A stretch of 64,000 nt of DNA from Felis catus (lineage: Eukaryota). Both the position numbers and the translations under genes were made by a program. How positions within the stretch are numbered: the first letter of the stretch is position 1; the number at the start of each line of letters is the position of its first letter. Below the pieces are notes generated by a model that saw only the letters and a list, made by a program, of their open reading frames with translations, made no database searches and was not told where the DNA came from. The stretch spans positions 52,640,001 to 52,704,000 of the forward strand of contig NC_058382.1 of assembly GCF_018350175.1 (NCBI RefSeq), written 5' to 3'. Positions 1 to 12,312 of the stretch are shown here, piece by piece.

Positions 1-479
1 CGGGGGGCTTCCTGCGTGAGCGCCTGTGTCTGTTGTGATCTCAAGGTCTTATCGACAACAACAGGAGGCCCCTTTGAGATCAATCGTGTCCATTCGGTGT
101 TTGTTTTCTACTCCCTAACACTTGTTGCCGTCTCTTTGTCGCCGTTAATTTTGTTTGTCATATGTCAGACCAGGATGAGTGAGGCACATTCAGACTCCCC
201 TCATTTTGTTTTCTCTCTTCCTTCCGCAGCCACCACCTTTGCTAATTTGAGGCGGTCAGCACATTTGGCAGGTCCGTAGCTGCTAGCCTGAGCAAGTCAT
301 TAATCTATATTAGAAAAGGCAGGGCCCCAGTTCCAACCTTTCCCAAGCTGGCCTGCCCCACCCCCCAACGTGCAGGTTATTTGCTATCTCCCTTGGCTTA
401 GGCACCTGCTGTTTTCTGTTGCGACTTTTCCTTTTGTCTTCTGGATTGAAAATCTGCACTGAAACACCTCCTGGCACAC

Positions 480-600
480 CAGCTTCAGGTCTCTCCGCCC
501 CACAGAATGCCGTCGTCACACGGTAGAGCCGAGCTTGGTGAGACCCGCTCTTCCCGGCCAATGGCGCCAATTACGGGGAAGCCATTCCAGCTCTTTCTTC
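480..600. promoter_or_regulatory. Promoter-like motif cluster (GC box, two CCAAT, YY1/E2F-like core)
   Basis: TCCGCCCC 494-501, CCAAT 558-562 and 567-571, ATGGCG 561-566, locally retained CpGs; no transcript evidence. Confidence 0.3.
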
Positions 601-1150
601 TCAAGAGGTCCAGCAAAAAATGTGCCTGGACTTTGTGTGTCTTTAAGGCTCTCATTTTTCATCTCCGGGGAATTGAATTTCCTCTGCCCTTCTTCCTCCT
701 TTCTGTCATCTTGTTGAAATACCTCTTTTTCCCTAGAAGTCTTAAAATGAATATGCATTTTTCCATGTGCATTCAAAGGAGTGGTGTTTAAAAACTGTTC
801 TTTTTTTTCCCCCCTAATTTTTAGATTCCCCTATGTCCCACTGCCAAATAAAACTACCAAGGCGTGGTGTCTCTTAAAAAAAATTAAAATAAACCCCTAC
901 TTCAAAATGTTGGCTTTCCCATGTACTTACAAAACGAAAGGGGCTAGGAGCCAGGGGTTGGGTGCAAATTGTCAGTGCCTTTCTCTAACATATGCAGTTT
1001 TGAGACGTTATGTACGCATACTGTGGATTACATCCAGTTCTTCCTATGGAATCCTGCACGACCTGGAAGAAACCTGAGAGAGCAACTAGGCTAGGTGTTT
1101 CCAATTGATATCTTTCTGGGAAAAGAGTCGTATCTTCCAATGACACCTAA

Positions 1151-1497
1151 CAGGGCACGCCGATACAACTCGGGTTTGAGCTGCTCGGATCCACTCATGT
1201 GCGGAATGTTTCGATAAATACAGCACAGTCCTGAAAGTGTATTTTCTCCTCCTTATGGTTTTCTTAGTAACGTTTTCTTCTCTCTGGCTTACTTTATTGT
1301 CAGAGTACAATATATCATGCCTACGGCATACAACATAGGTGTTACTTGACGGCTTATGTTATCAGTAAGGCTTTTTGGTCAACAATAGGCTATGAAATAT
1401 TTGAGTTTAGAGAGAGGCAAAAGTTATAAGCAGGTTTTCAGCTGCAGTGGGGGTGGGGCGGTTGGCGCCCTTAACCGTATTGTTGAAGGATCAACTG
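1151..1497. mobile_element. Tigger2a-like non-autonomous Tc1/mariner (pogo-type) DNA transposon
   Basis: Degenerate left terminus CAGGGCACGCCGATACAACTCGGGTTTGAG and right terminus TTGTTGAAGGATCAACTG followed by TA; the internal TTCTCTCTGGCTTACTTTATTGT...TATGTTATCAGTAAGGCTT...GGTCAACAATAGGCTAT matches the recalled Tigger2a consensus. Confidence 0.85.
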
Positions 1498-4400
1498 TAT
1501 AGCCATTGCAGCCGGGTTCTCCCCGTTGAAGTTGGAGAAACAGGGGTACTTGGCCTCTCATTTGCCTTTACAGTGGAGACCTCGAGGCCCCCTGAGCGTC
1601 TCTGGGGTATGGTTTGTGCACAAACCATACCTTCACCCCCCAGCTCCTTCCTACCCTGCCTCAGTGTCTCGGGAGGCTGACCTCAGCGGGCTGTCCTGCT
1701 CTCTCACGCTCAGGTTGGACTCACCAGTGATGGGCATTTACCCGTGGGAATTCAGAACAAAGCAAGGTTGTGCTGTTTAATCCCCAGGCTTGCTCCCTGC
1801 CGGGTGGGGGTGGACAGCCTTCTTCCATAGCAGGGCAAGGGCAGGGAGCTCTCCGTTCTCTTATTCACCACAGGTCACGGCACACGCCTCACCGGTTCCC
1901 TAGACCCCACGCCGATCTTCGCCAACAGCGCCTCTCTTAAACACTCCTCAAATTACCCATTTTGAGCGTGCCACCTGTACCTTGCCAGGACCTTGACCAG
2001 TAGATAGGGTGTAAAATCTCAGACCACGGCCCTTTTCTTGCCCAGTGCATAAACTTTTATGCAAAACACATCTCTGGACCAGGGGGAGCCTGTGAAGGAA
2101 GACTTCCGCTGAGTTATGGCTGCGTTTTCTTCCCCTGGGCTTCGAGCCTTCTTTCTTTCCTGTTCTTTTAACAAAATCTGGAAAGGAGCTAAAGAGCTCG
2201 ACGTGCAACTGTCAGGCTGAGGCCAAGGGCAGTTGCAGGCAGACCTCTCATCTTGCTGCTGGCTGCCTACGAGTCCACACTCACATCTGGCCTCGTCTGT
2301 GCCCGGACATAACCTTGAGAATGACTTTGAAGATCTCTTTGGGGCTCAGAGGCTCTTTCCCAGAGAGATGTCCCCAAGTCCCCTGGGTGACCTTGTGTGT
2401 CCTTCCAGGGCTATTGCTCAATCATCCTAGAATCATAAGGCCACGGGGTCCCAGCCGGAACATGGCAGGAATATCCATGTGTCTGTTTGGCCTTTTCCCT
2501 GTGGAATCCCCCAGGCTTTAATGGAAATACTCTTCGAGATGGAGGCAGAATCCAGTATTTGTTGTTTTGATCCAATCCTGAACTTGACCCCTTCTGATAA
2601 GCCCTCGGATATGGAGTTAATGTAAAGTGTGGGACACTGGCCAGGTCCAGGAGGCCAGAGAAAGAGGGTACCCTCTTCTCCGACATCTGAATTCCCCAAG
2701 AAATAAAACTATATGACTGTTCGCTTCATTTCTCCTGATAGATCCAGGACTCCAGATGTAAGCTCATTGATAGTCTTGGTGTGTGTTTCAGTATTTGTGC
2801 TTTTAATAGATATTGCAAGTGTGTTTAATGTGAAAATAGAAACAGAGGGCTCTTAAAAGAGCTTACTCAAAATCCTGCCAATTACTGAAATCTACCAGAC
2901 AAGAAGGAGCCACTTTTTTTTTTTTTTTTGATACAAGAGGGAAAAATGTTTCCACAAAAGCCTGGCCCTTTGTCTTTAAAAATATTCATCTCTTGGGTAC
3001 TGAGTTATAATAGTAAATGCAGATGTAGCTGTGTCACATTAAAAGCACCACCAAATTGTCGTACAATGTTCAGGGCACCGTTATGTCACTTGAAGATGTA
3101 TGGTGTCACCTAAGAGTGTGCGGTCGTTAAGAGGAAACTGTTACCGGCTCTGATTTCGGGGCTCAGTGTTTTTGGTTTCCTGAGAAGGTAATCCTTAAGT
3201 CAAAAGTCGCACAGTGCCAATGTGCTCCTCCGTGTGACCTGTTTTAGCTTCCAGAATTTCTCATCACCTGGTTACAAACATCTGAAGGCGAGGAAGAGCC
3301 AATATTCCATCGCGGGTGCCAAAGTAGGTTACCATTAGCCAAAAACGAACAAGTAAATAACTTGGGCCCATGCCATTGTCCCAATGTATCCTGAGCCGGC
3401 TGGGAAGGGGGGGTGTCTAAGCAACTGTTTCTGATCCCAGCCTGTAGTAACTGTGTGGAAATGCCAAAGTCAAATTGTCCATAACCCTCTGCAGCCCCTA
3501 GTGGAGCTAAGGAATTAAAAGTTGCTCAGACCTTTTTCTCATTGCCAGTTTTTCTTAAACATTAGCTCTGCTCCATTTTTTTTTTTTTTTCAGATTCTGA
3601 TTTGCAAAGAATAGGGAAGCTTAGCCAACTGCAATTTCAAAGTATTGCCTCTTAAGCCCAGGCCAAGTGTGCAGACTTGATAGAATTCTGATTAATGCAT
3701 CTTATTACATTAATTTTCGGAGGAACCCGAAGGCATTTCTCCTCTTCCTAGCGCAGCCTGGGCTGCCAGAAGCATTTGTCCACTTAAAGAGCTAATATCT
3801 TCGGCTACCAACAACCATAAAACTGGAAATCTATCGGAAGAGTTGGCCTCTTTAGTTGCGCAGAAGGCACGGTGCAAAATAGATATAGAACTTGGCTGAA
3901 CTTTGCTTCAAATTTGCCAATCAAAACTCACGAACTCACGCCAAGTTGGCTACAAAAGCTCCCGTTTGGGGCCAGCACTAATTATGTCAACAAAGAAGTT
4001 CAAGTCTGGCCCCTGTTACGTCCTGCACTTGTGGGCGTCGGGGATGAGCCTTTGGTGAGTAGGCAGACGAGCCCTGCTCAGACCAGCTCTGTCTTCTCCT
4101 GGCTTCCTCAGAAACTCCCAGGAGCTCCTCAGGTCCCAGCCCTTTCTGCTCCTCTGGGGTATGCCTCTCCACCTTCTGACTTGGATGAGAAAGGATCTCC
4201 GGCCGTTCCAATCACTCAGGCCAAGGCTTCCTATCAAACTAGACAGTTTTCTTTAGAAATGAGAACCCTTCTCTTCGAGTTTTCCAGGGAGCTGACTCTG
4301 AAGGGAAGTGTATCATGCAGGACTCTTTTTAGGGTCACTGCTTGGGGAATGAAGCTGGCTTGGGCGGAGGGAAGAGTTGAGCTGACATCCAGATGGACGG

Positions 4401-4657
4401 GGTCTCGGCTGACCTCATGGAGAGCTCTGGTGATGAAAGGGCCCATTGCACTGGTAACCACCAAGGGCCTTCATACCCCTGCCTCGACTCGTCCTTAGGC
4501 AGGCCGCCCATCTACCTTCCAGCACGGACACAGCCCAGCTCCTGCCCTACCTCAGCCCTCCCACGCTTTAACCCCCTCCAGCACACAAAGCTCTCTTCTT
4601 TGGGTCAGGGCCCGTGTGAGCTGTGAGTTCCACAGCCCTGGTAGATCCAGACCTCGA

Positions 4658-4830
4658 GGTATAGTAGAAAGCCCTGGAATTAGGCCGACCTGGGCTTGAG
4701 TGTCATCTCCATCGTATAACTGGCTTTCCAGTCACCTCATTAACTGTGTGGGGCCTCAGTTTTGTCTTCTCCAAAATGGAGCCGTTCAGTCTTAATCGCA
4801 CAGTTTGCTTAAGGCTGAGCGAGAATGCTG
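4658..4830 (+). mobile_element. MIR SINE (ancient)
   Basis: MIR core GGGCCTCAGTTTTGTCTTCTCCAAAATGG with a degenerate tRNA-like 5' end; boundaries approximate. Confidence 0.65.
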
Positions 4831-4861
4831 GCAGAAGGGCGTTAGCATGGAGAGAGGGGAT

Positions 4862-4978
4862 ATAATGCAGGGGTTAAATGGGTGGGTTAAGAGCAGAGGC
4901 CGGAAACTCAGGCTGGCAGTCTGGTCCTTTAGTTGAATGTCCCTGGGCAAGTCACGTAATATCTGTAAACCTCGGTGT
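4862..4978 (+). mobile_element. MIR SINE fragment
   Basis: GTGGGTTAAGAGCAGAGG...CCTGGGCAAGTCACGTAATATCTGTAAACCTCGGT resembles the MIR 5' half and core. Confidence 0.6.
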
Positions 4979-6077
4979 GCTGCACTCCGATGGACGTTAC
5001 AAGGAAATAAGAGTGGGTGAAGAACTTGGGCCTGGCCTAGGCCCACTGCACTCACTCTCCCCTCCTTGAACATTTGCTCTCGTGCATTACCTCCCGCTAG
5101 GCTGGCCCAAGGCTCAACCCCCTCCTACGTCTCCTCAGCCTTCTGGTTCCTGGGCAAAATGAGCCCAGCTCAGCAGGCAAGTTGTAGTGAGTGGTCCCAT
5201 CAGCCACTGTTAATTTATATCGTTAAATGTCCTTGGTGACCTCTGTATCCTTGGGGACCGCCAGCCCCTAGCATTTTCATCCCTATGGAAAAGCTTGGGG
5301 GCAATCTCTGATGATGATTCAGCGCTCAGGCCTCTGAAACAGTGAGGCTTGAGTTGAACCCTAAGTCTGCGTCTTCCTGGATACACTGACTCTCTCTCCT
5401 GCTCCTCGTTTGGTACCAATATCCGTGAAATTAGAAGGATAATGTGGCACTGTGGAGGAAACAAAATAAAGCCAGTAAATTCTTTCTCTTAGTTGTAACC
5501 TTTATCATTCCTTGGCCACCTACGAGCACCTCTTGTGGGCTTGGCACTCTGCTAGACCCTCCAGATGCCCAAGGAACCAGTTCCTTTTGGCAGAAGACAT
5601 AAGAGAAGGCCCCCAGCCACTCAAGCTCATGTGTGGAAATAGAGCAAGAACTGTAATGGGTGCCCGTAAGTTTTAATGCCAAGGAGCCAGTTGTGTGTGT
5701 AGGAATGTTCTTTGCCACACGTGAGCTGAAGCTCTGGCCGCCGCCCACTTCACGTGCCTAAGCCCAGTGGAAGGCTGGAAATAATGATGGAGTCAGGTAA
5801 GACCCAAGGGTATCTTCAGGGGATACCTGAATCACTTTCCCGTCTTTAAAAGAAGATCTTCCACACTGGTGACCTGAGAAGTTCTCCTTGGCCCCATGCC
5901 TGTTAGTAAAGTTGACCGCTGACTCCCAAGAAAACCCGGGTGGTTTTTCTTTGGGTCAGTGGGGCAGGCGCCGAAGTGGTGTACCTCGCTAAGATAGGCG
6001 GAGAATCTCAGTGAACATAAAGTTACCGAGCCTTTGCTCAGGAAGGTGCCTCCCGTTTCAATGCCAACCGCACCGCC

Positions 6078-6787
6078 TGTCTGAGTTTCCTTGGGCTGCC
6101 GTAACAAATGACGACAAACTAGGTGGCTTAAAGCAGTGGAAATATTCTGTCTCATGGCTCAGGAGGCCAGAAGTTCAACTCAAGGTATTGGCAGCATTGG
6201 TTTCTTCTGGAGGCGCTGAGAGAGCATCTTTCCTTGCCTCTCTCTTGGCTTCTTGCATGGCTGGTATACCTGGAAAGCTTGGTGTCCTTGGCCTGGAGAT
6301 GCATCCCTCCAGTCTCCGCCTCTGTCTCCACATTACCTTTATCTCTGTGTCCCTATGTGTCCCTTTCACCCTCTCATAAGGACACAGGTCATTGGATTTA
6401 GGACCCATCCGAATCCAGTGTGATTCCACCTCGGTCCTTATCTTTGTTACATTTGCAAAGACCCTGTTCCCAAATAATGTCACATTCTTTTATTTATTTT
6501 TGTGTGTTTACTTGCTTTTGAGAGAGGGAGAGCAAGCGAGCAAGTGGGAACGTGAGTGGGGGAGGGGCAAAGCGAGAGGGAGACACAGAATCTGAAGCAG
6601 GTTCCAGGCTCTGAGCTGTCAGCACAGAGCCCCATACGGGGCTCAAGCTCACGAACTGCGAGATCATGACCCGAGCCGAAGTCAGGCGCTTAACCGACTG
6701 AGCCACCCAGGTGCCCCCAAGTAAGGTCACATTTTGAGGTTTTGAGTGAGTGACACGAATTTGGGGGAACCCTGTTTAACCCACCAC
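6078..6787 (-). mobile_element. ERVL-MaLR solo LTR (MLT1B/MLT1C-like), interrupted by a Can-SINE
   Basis: GGGCTGCCGTAACAAATGACGACAAACTAGGTGGCTTAAA, ATAAGGACACAGGTCATTGGATTTAGGACCCA and TTACATTTGCAAAGACCCTGTTCCCAAATAATGTCACATT are MLT1 reverse-complement blocks; the LTR resumes after the SINE at 6718. Confidence 0.88.
6487..6717 (-). mobile_element. Can-SINE (tRNA-derived, feliform type)
   Basis: Reverse complement of GGGGCACCTGGGTGGCTCAGTCGGTTAAGCG...; T-rich tail on the left; TSD CAAATAATGTCACATT (6471-6486) / CAAGTAAGGTCACATT (6718-6733). Confidence 0.95.
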
Positions 6788-6929
6788 CTGGCCTTTTATG
6801 TGCGTGGGCCATTTCTCTCAGCCTTTCTCCTTGGAATATTCTGTATGTCGGGAACTGTGGTTTAGTGTCTACCCACCCATCCCCTATGCAAAGCTGCATC
6901 TCTACCTGATGAGCAAATAGCAATAAAAG

Positions 6930-7035
6930 TGAAGAAACTGAGGTCCAGACATGCAGACTGATTTGCCCCAGGTCACACAGCTAGTCATGATGGAGGTTGG
7001 GTTGGAAGCCAGCCAAACCAGCTATGTCTGGTCTC
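6930..7035 (-). mobile_element. MIR SINE fragment
   Basis: GAAGAAACTGAGGTCCAGA...GATTTGCCCCAGGTCACACAGCTAGT is the reverse-complement MIR core. Confidence 0.75.
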
Positions 7036-7722
7036 CTCCCAGTTTATCCTTACCCCACCTGCCCACCCACCTCATGGCTTTTCATTTTGAAAACCCAAAG
7101 CCAAATAAAGCAGATGAATTGCAAGTATGTGAAGTACCATGGTTCCTGCCTTTGCGCATGGTGTAATCATAGCAGCGACCAGAACGTTCACAGTGAGACT
7201 TCTAGGAAGGCTCTTCCACCCCAACAGTGTGACAGGGTCGGGTCATTTGACCCTCAACCCAGTGGTATTTTTATACCCATATGTTTATGTGCTTCTAGCT
7301 TTCAAAGTTGACTTCAGGAAGCACCAAAGTGTGTGGCGTTTCACAATGAGGAAGAGGCTTGAGGAAGGTAAATTGCTTCGTGAGATTTAAACCCAAATCT
7401 CTGTCTTTCTAAAGCTGGAATGAGTCTTTGAGAAAATGCAAAGAAAGTACGTGGCACAGTGCCGGACACAAAATAGATGCTCAGTAGAGACCAGCTAAGA
7501 TTCAGGCTTCTGAGTCCAAAGTATGCCATTCCCATCTTCAGCTAGAGTTTTAAATATTCACCAACACACAAACAAACAAACTCTTTGGTGTCTTGCAATA
7601 TATTTGAGTCAGCTAAAACCCATTTCCAAACAGAATTGTATTGTATTCGAGTGTAGTGTATTTATTTTTGGTTATTGATGAATGTTTCTTTTTTTCAAAT
7701 TTTTATTTAAATTCTAATTAGT

Positions 7723-7931
7723 GGGGCGCTTAGGTGGCTCAGTCGGTTGAGCGTCCGACTTCAGCTCAGGTCATGATCTCACGGTCCGTGAGTTTGAGCC
7801 CTGCATCAGGCTCTGTGCTGACAGCTCAGCCTGGAGCCTGTTTCAGATTCTGTGTCTCCATACCTCTCTGCCCCTCCCCTGCTCACGCTCTGTCTCCATC
7901 TCTCGCAAAAATAAATAAACATTAAAAAAAA
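7723..7931 (+). mobile_element. Can-SINE inserted in the L1 3' end
   Basis: GGGGCGCTTAGGTGGCTCAGTCGGTTGAGCG head, CT-rich region, AATAAA tail; TSD core TCTAATTAGT at 7713-7722 and 7933-7942. Confidence 0.95.
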
Positions 7932-8321
7932 GTCTAATTAGTTAACATATAGGGCAACATTTGTTTCAGGAGTAGAATTCAGTGTTTCACCACTTACACA
8001 CAACACCCAGTGCTCATCACAACACCCAGTGCTCATCACAACAAATACCCTCCTTCTAGCCCACCCACCTGCCTCCATCAACCCTCAGTTTGTTCTTTAT
8101 CTTTCAGAGTCTCTCATGGTTTGTTTCCCTCTCTCTTTTTCCGCCCTCCCATATGTTCATCTGTTTTGTTTCTTAAATTCCACATATGACTGAACTCATG
8201 TGATGTTTGTCTTTCTCTGACTTACATCACTTAGTGTATCACACTCTAGTTCTATCCACATCTTAGCAAATGGCAAGATTTCATTTTTTTTGATGGCTGA
8301 GTAATATTCCAGCATGTCTTT

Positions 8322-8333
8322 GTGTGTGTGCGC

Positions 8334-8366
<33 letters not shown>

Positions 8367-8380
8367 TGTGTGTGTGTGTG
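8322..8380. repeat. (TG)n microsatellite with a short (CG)n interruption, inside L1
   Basis: Directly visible. Confidence 0.95.
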
Positions 8381-11089
8381 ACCTCTTCCTTTTCCATTCA
8401 TCAGCCCGTGGACATTTGGCCTCTCTCCATAGCTTGGCTGTTGTTGATAATACCCCTATAAATATTAGGATGTATGTACCCCTTTGAATCTGTATTTTTG
8501 TCTCCTTTAGGTACATACCTAGGAGTGCAATTGCTGGATCATAAGTTAGTTCTATTTTTAACTTTTTGAGGGACTTTTCATTCATTCTCCAGAGTGGCTG
8601 CACCAGTTTCCCTTCCCACAAGCAGTGTAAAAGGGCTCCCCTTTCTCTGCATCCTGGCCAACATGTGTCGTTTCTTGTGTCATTAATTTCATCCATTCTG
8701 ACAGGTGTGAGGCGGCGTCTCATCGTGGTTTTGATTTGTGTTACCCTGATGATCAGTGATGTTGAGCATCTTTTCATGTGTCAGTTGGCCATTTGGATGT
8801 CTTCTTTGAAAAAGTATCTTTTCATGTCTTCTGCCCATTTCTTAATTGGATTATTTGGTTCTGGGGTGCTGAGTTTACTGTGTTCTTTATAGATTTTAGA
8901 TACTGACCCTTTTTCAGATATGTCATTTGCAAATATCTTCTCCCATTCTGTAGGCTGCCTTTTAGTTTTGTTGATTGTTTCCTTCACTGTGCAGAAGCTT
9001 TTTGTCTTGATGAGGTCCCAGTAGTTCATTTTTGCTTTGTTTCCCTCGCCTCTGGCGATGTGTCTGGGAAGAAGCTGCAATGGCCACGGTCAGAGAGGTT
9101 GTTGCCCATGTTCCCCTCTAGGATTTTAATGGTTTCCTGTCTCATGTCTTTCTTCCATTTTGAATTTATCTTTTGTATACAGTGTAAGAAAGCGGTCCAG
9201 TTTCATTCTTCTGCGTGTTGCTGTCCAGTTTTCTCAACGTTTGCTGAAGAGACTGTCTTTTTTCCATCGGATATTCTTTCCTGCTTTGTCAAAGATTAGT
9301 TGGCCATACGTTTGTGGGTCCGTTTCTGGGTTCTCTATTCTGTTCCATTGACCTCAGTGTCTGTTCTTGTGCCGGTACCATACTGTCTTGATGATTACAG
9401 CTTCGTAATACAGCTTAAAGTCTAGAGTTGTGATGCCTCCAACTTCGGTTTTCTTTTTCAAGATTGCATTGGCTATTCAGGGTCTTTTCTGATTCCGTAT
9501 AAACTTTAAGATTGTTTGTTCTGGCTCTGTGAAGAATACTGGTGTTATTTTGATAGGGATTGCGTTGAACGTATAGATTGCTTTGGGTAGTATTGACATT
9601 TTGAGAATATTCTTTCTGTCTATGAGGATGGAACGGTTTTCCATTTCTTTGTATCCTTTTCAGTTTCTTTCATAAGTGTTCTGTAGTCAGAATGCACATC
9701 TTTCATATCTTTGGTTAGGCTTATTCCTAGATGTCTAGTTGTTTTTGGTGCACCTGCAAATGGGATCAGTTCCTTGATATCTTTCTCTGCTGCTTTGGTA
9801 TTGGTGTATAGAAATGCAACCGATTTCCAGACAGAATTTTAAATATTTTATAAATACAGTCTTCAGAGTGTAGACATTTCCCAGAACCAGGAAGCCCAAT
9901 TTTCCATCTGGGTGGTATATAGCTTTGGATCTTGTCATCACCTTCCCTCCTAGAGAGTTAGTTACCTTGTAGGCCAAAGCTTTTTATAGAACACTGTCAG
10001 GGTTGAGCACACACTTAGGATTTTAAACTGGAATCCAAGGGAACCAGAATGTTGGAGAAGATTTCTAAGGAAGCCTGTTTTCTCTTCAACGATGAAATCA
10101 AATTGAGAGGTAATCCCTGAAAGGCAGCCATTTGTAAATTAGGAAGGAAAGGGGGAAGTGTTCCTAAAAAGGAACATCATAAAGGGGCTAGATTAAGCAG
10201 AGGGAACTGGAAAAAGAGAAACGGGGTTTGTTGTTTGTCAATTTCTGAATAAATTCTGTTACAGAAATACTGGACTCATATTCTACTTGAAAAACAGGGA
10301 AAGGCCTTTTATTGCATGCTTAGAAGTTTGAATACACTTTCAGTAGCTCTTCGTTATCTCAAATTAAATCTTAAATTGAGCTTGTGGTTCTGTGAATTAA
10401 TACCCCGGCCTTTCAGCCCCGCTGCTGAGGTCATTCAGATCTAATGGTGGAAATGGTCACAGGGTCAGCCCCTGGTCGGCACTGTATAGAAATGCCTTAA
10501 TGATGCCGGCAGATGTTTGCATTCTGCGGCTGGGACGGCCAGGCAGTGGGGGACTGAGACAGAGAGGGGGCTTGGCAGTCATCGTATCGGCCTCCTGCGT
10601 GAATGAGGAACCTCCCGCCGTCCCACCATTCCACACTGAAACGGGAGGCGAGTGCCTCCTGGAGCACAAAGATGTGAGGGAAGCCACCGCTGCCTCAATA
10701 TTCGCCACGGTGACCGACATCTTGGGAGGCCACGGGAGAGGGGCCACCTGTTCACGTAAGCACATACATCATCCTAGAGAGGTTCCATTCCTCTGACATA
10801 GTAGACATTGTGGGGTAGAACAGCCTGGCCCCCGGTGTCAGGGAGGCCTAAATGTATGCCTCGATCCCTGCAAATACGTACATTTAAAGACAGCTGAGAA
10901 CACGCTGGTGTGAAATGTACCAGAATGAGCCTTTTCAAGGAAGTCCTCTGCTCTGCCGATTTCTCTCTTTGCCTCAGTCTCCCTCTTTAAGTAGCAGGTG
11001 TAATCATCGATACCCGCTCTAGGCCAGACACGGAGCCAGGTTTGAGATACCTTATCTCCATCTCTCTTTAGGACTAGCCAGCTGGGTTC

Positions 11090-11470
11090 AGGTGATGTCC
11101 CCCGATTTTACAGATGGTGGAAAGGAAGCCAGAGAGCTTGCGGTAAATGGCTTTGTCAGGGGATTTGAGCACAGGTCTCTCTGGGGCGTTGCAGCAGATT
11201 GGTCTGGAAAGCACACTTAGCATCAGTTGAAGGTAAATGAACGAAAGCTGGCATGGCCGATCCTCCCAACTGGCGAGCACCGGCTGTGTGCCAGGCAGGC
11301 CCCGTGCAAAGAGCTTTGCACGATGACCCCAGGGCAGCCGTCGGAGGGGGAAGTGCCAGCTTCAGGCCCATTTCACAGATGAAGATAGTAAAGGTCATTG
11401 GCATACACTCACTGGGAAAGTGGCGGAGCAGAGAAGCCCGTGTGACTCCAGGTATAGAATTTCTAACCCT
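11090..11470 (-). mobile_element. Two degenerate MIR fragments
   Basis: CCCCGATTTTACAGATGGTGGAAAGGAAGCCAGAGAG and GGCCCATTTCACAGATGAAGA cores; GAGCACCGGCTGTGTGCCAGGCA 3' end. Confidence 0.6.
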
Positions 11471-12312
11471 CTCCTCTGTTCTCTACATCCCCGCCCCCCG
11501 CCGCCACCCCTGCCCCCACCCCCACCCAACGTCTCTGGCTCCATTTTCCAGCAGGGAGATTCCAGGGCTGAAAGAACCAGGAAAGGTAAGGTCTACTGAA
11601 ACCACATAGAAACCATATCCACCAGCCCGCGTTGTTCCTTTGGGACAGGAGACAGGCACACCCCCGCCTCCTTCACAGGAGTGGGCTCTGGGTGGATTAC
11701 TCTGCCCGAGTAAGGGGGCCGGGCTGGCCGACAGGATGCGGGGGACAGAGCCACGGTGGAAATTGTCAGGTGGCGAAGGGGAATTAGCTTCTGGGTGTCA
11801 GTAGGTGCACATTGCTGCAGGCGTTGGCGACTGGGAGCCCTGGTGTCCGTATTAGGTCCTCAGGCCATGAGGCCTTAATGACACCACAGCCGACAGTAGG
11901 AGAGACATCCAGTGACAGTAGGGAAGAGGGCTGCCAGCTAATCTTATCTGAACACCCCGCCCCACCAGGGGCCTGGGGACACCAAGGCCTGGCTCCTGCT
12001 CCCTGTCACAGTCTCAGCGCTGATGACAAGAGAAGAGCAGCTTCCCGAGAGAAAAGCGTTGATACGGGGGCCAGGTCAGAGCCAGGATGCGGGTCGGAAA
12101 TCTTTGCCGCACATGAGGAGGCCAGGAGCCGGAGGGAAGGGGGACTGTTAGGACTAACATTTAGGCAGAACCTGCCACGCACAGGGTTGTGACGTCACCA
12201 GTGTCACTGTTGCCGTGACCTGCATTCTCTGGGGTATGTGTGATATGCACAGCCCTGCCCTGGGCACCTTTGAGTATCACTCATGTATAATTATATATAA
12301 TAACTTCATTTA

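Larger units (their letters stand above)
7685..9827 (-). mobile_element. 5'-truncated carnivore LINE-1 (3' part of ORF2 plus 3' UTR), disrupted
   Basis: Minus-strand ORFs 8781-9080 ([32 protein letters not shown]...PIKKWAEDM) and 8196-8777 ([11 protein letters not shown]...[18 protein letters not shown]...YYSAIKKNEILPFA) are the L1 ORF2p C-terminus with stops and frameshifts; carnivore-type 3' UTR and T-rich tail at the left end. Confidence 0.95.

Noticed and set aside
310..570. Minus-strand ORF containing SRNRKQQVPKPR, reminiscent of the MSRRKQ/MPRRKQQAP N-terminal motifs of SALL, ZNF423 and TSHZ proteins
   Set aside because: The motif is internal rather than at an initiator Met, is imperfect, and has no supporting splice donor; treated as coincidence.
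3576..3660. Poly(T)-CAG resembling a strong splice acceptor
   Set aside because: All three downstream frames hit stops within about 65 nt and no good donor follows; a non-coding exon cannot be excluded but is unsupported.
3872..4498. Longest ORF in the track (208 aa)
   Set aside because: GTG start, no recognisable domain, no convincing splice context; this length is attainable by chance in 64 kb.
8196..9351. ORFs with real protein similarity
   Set aside because: They are fragments of a dead, 5'-truncated L1 ORF2 (stops, frameshifts, microsatellite insertion, mutated cysteine-rich motif), not host genes.
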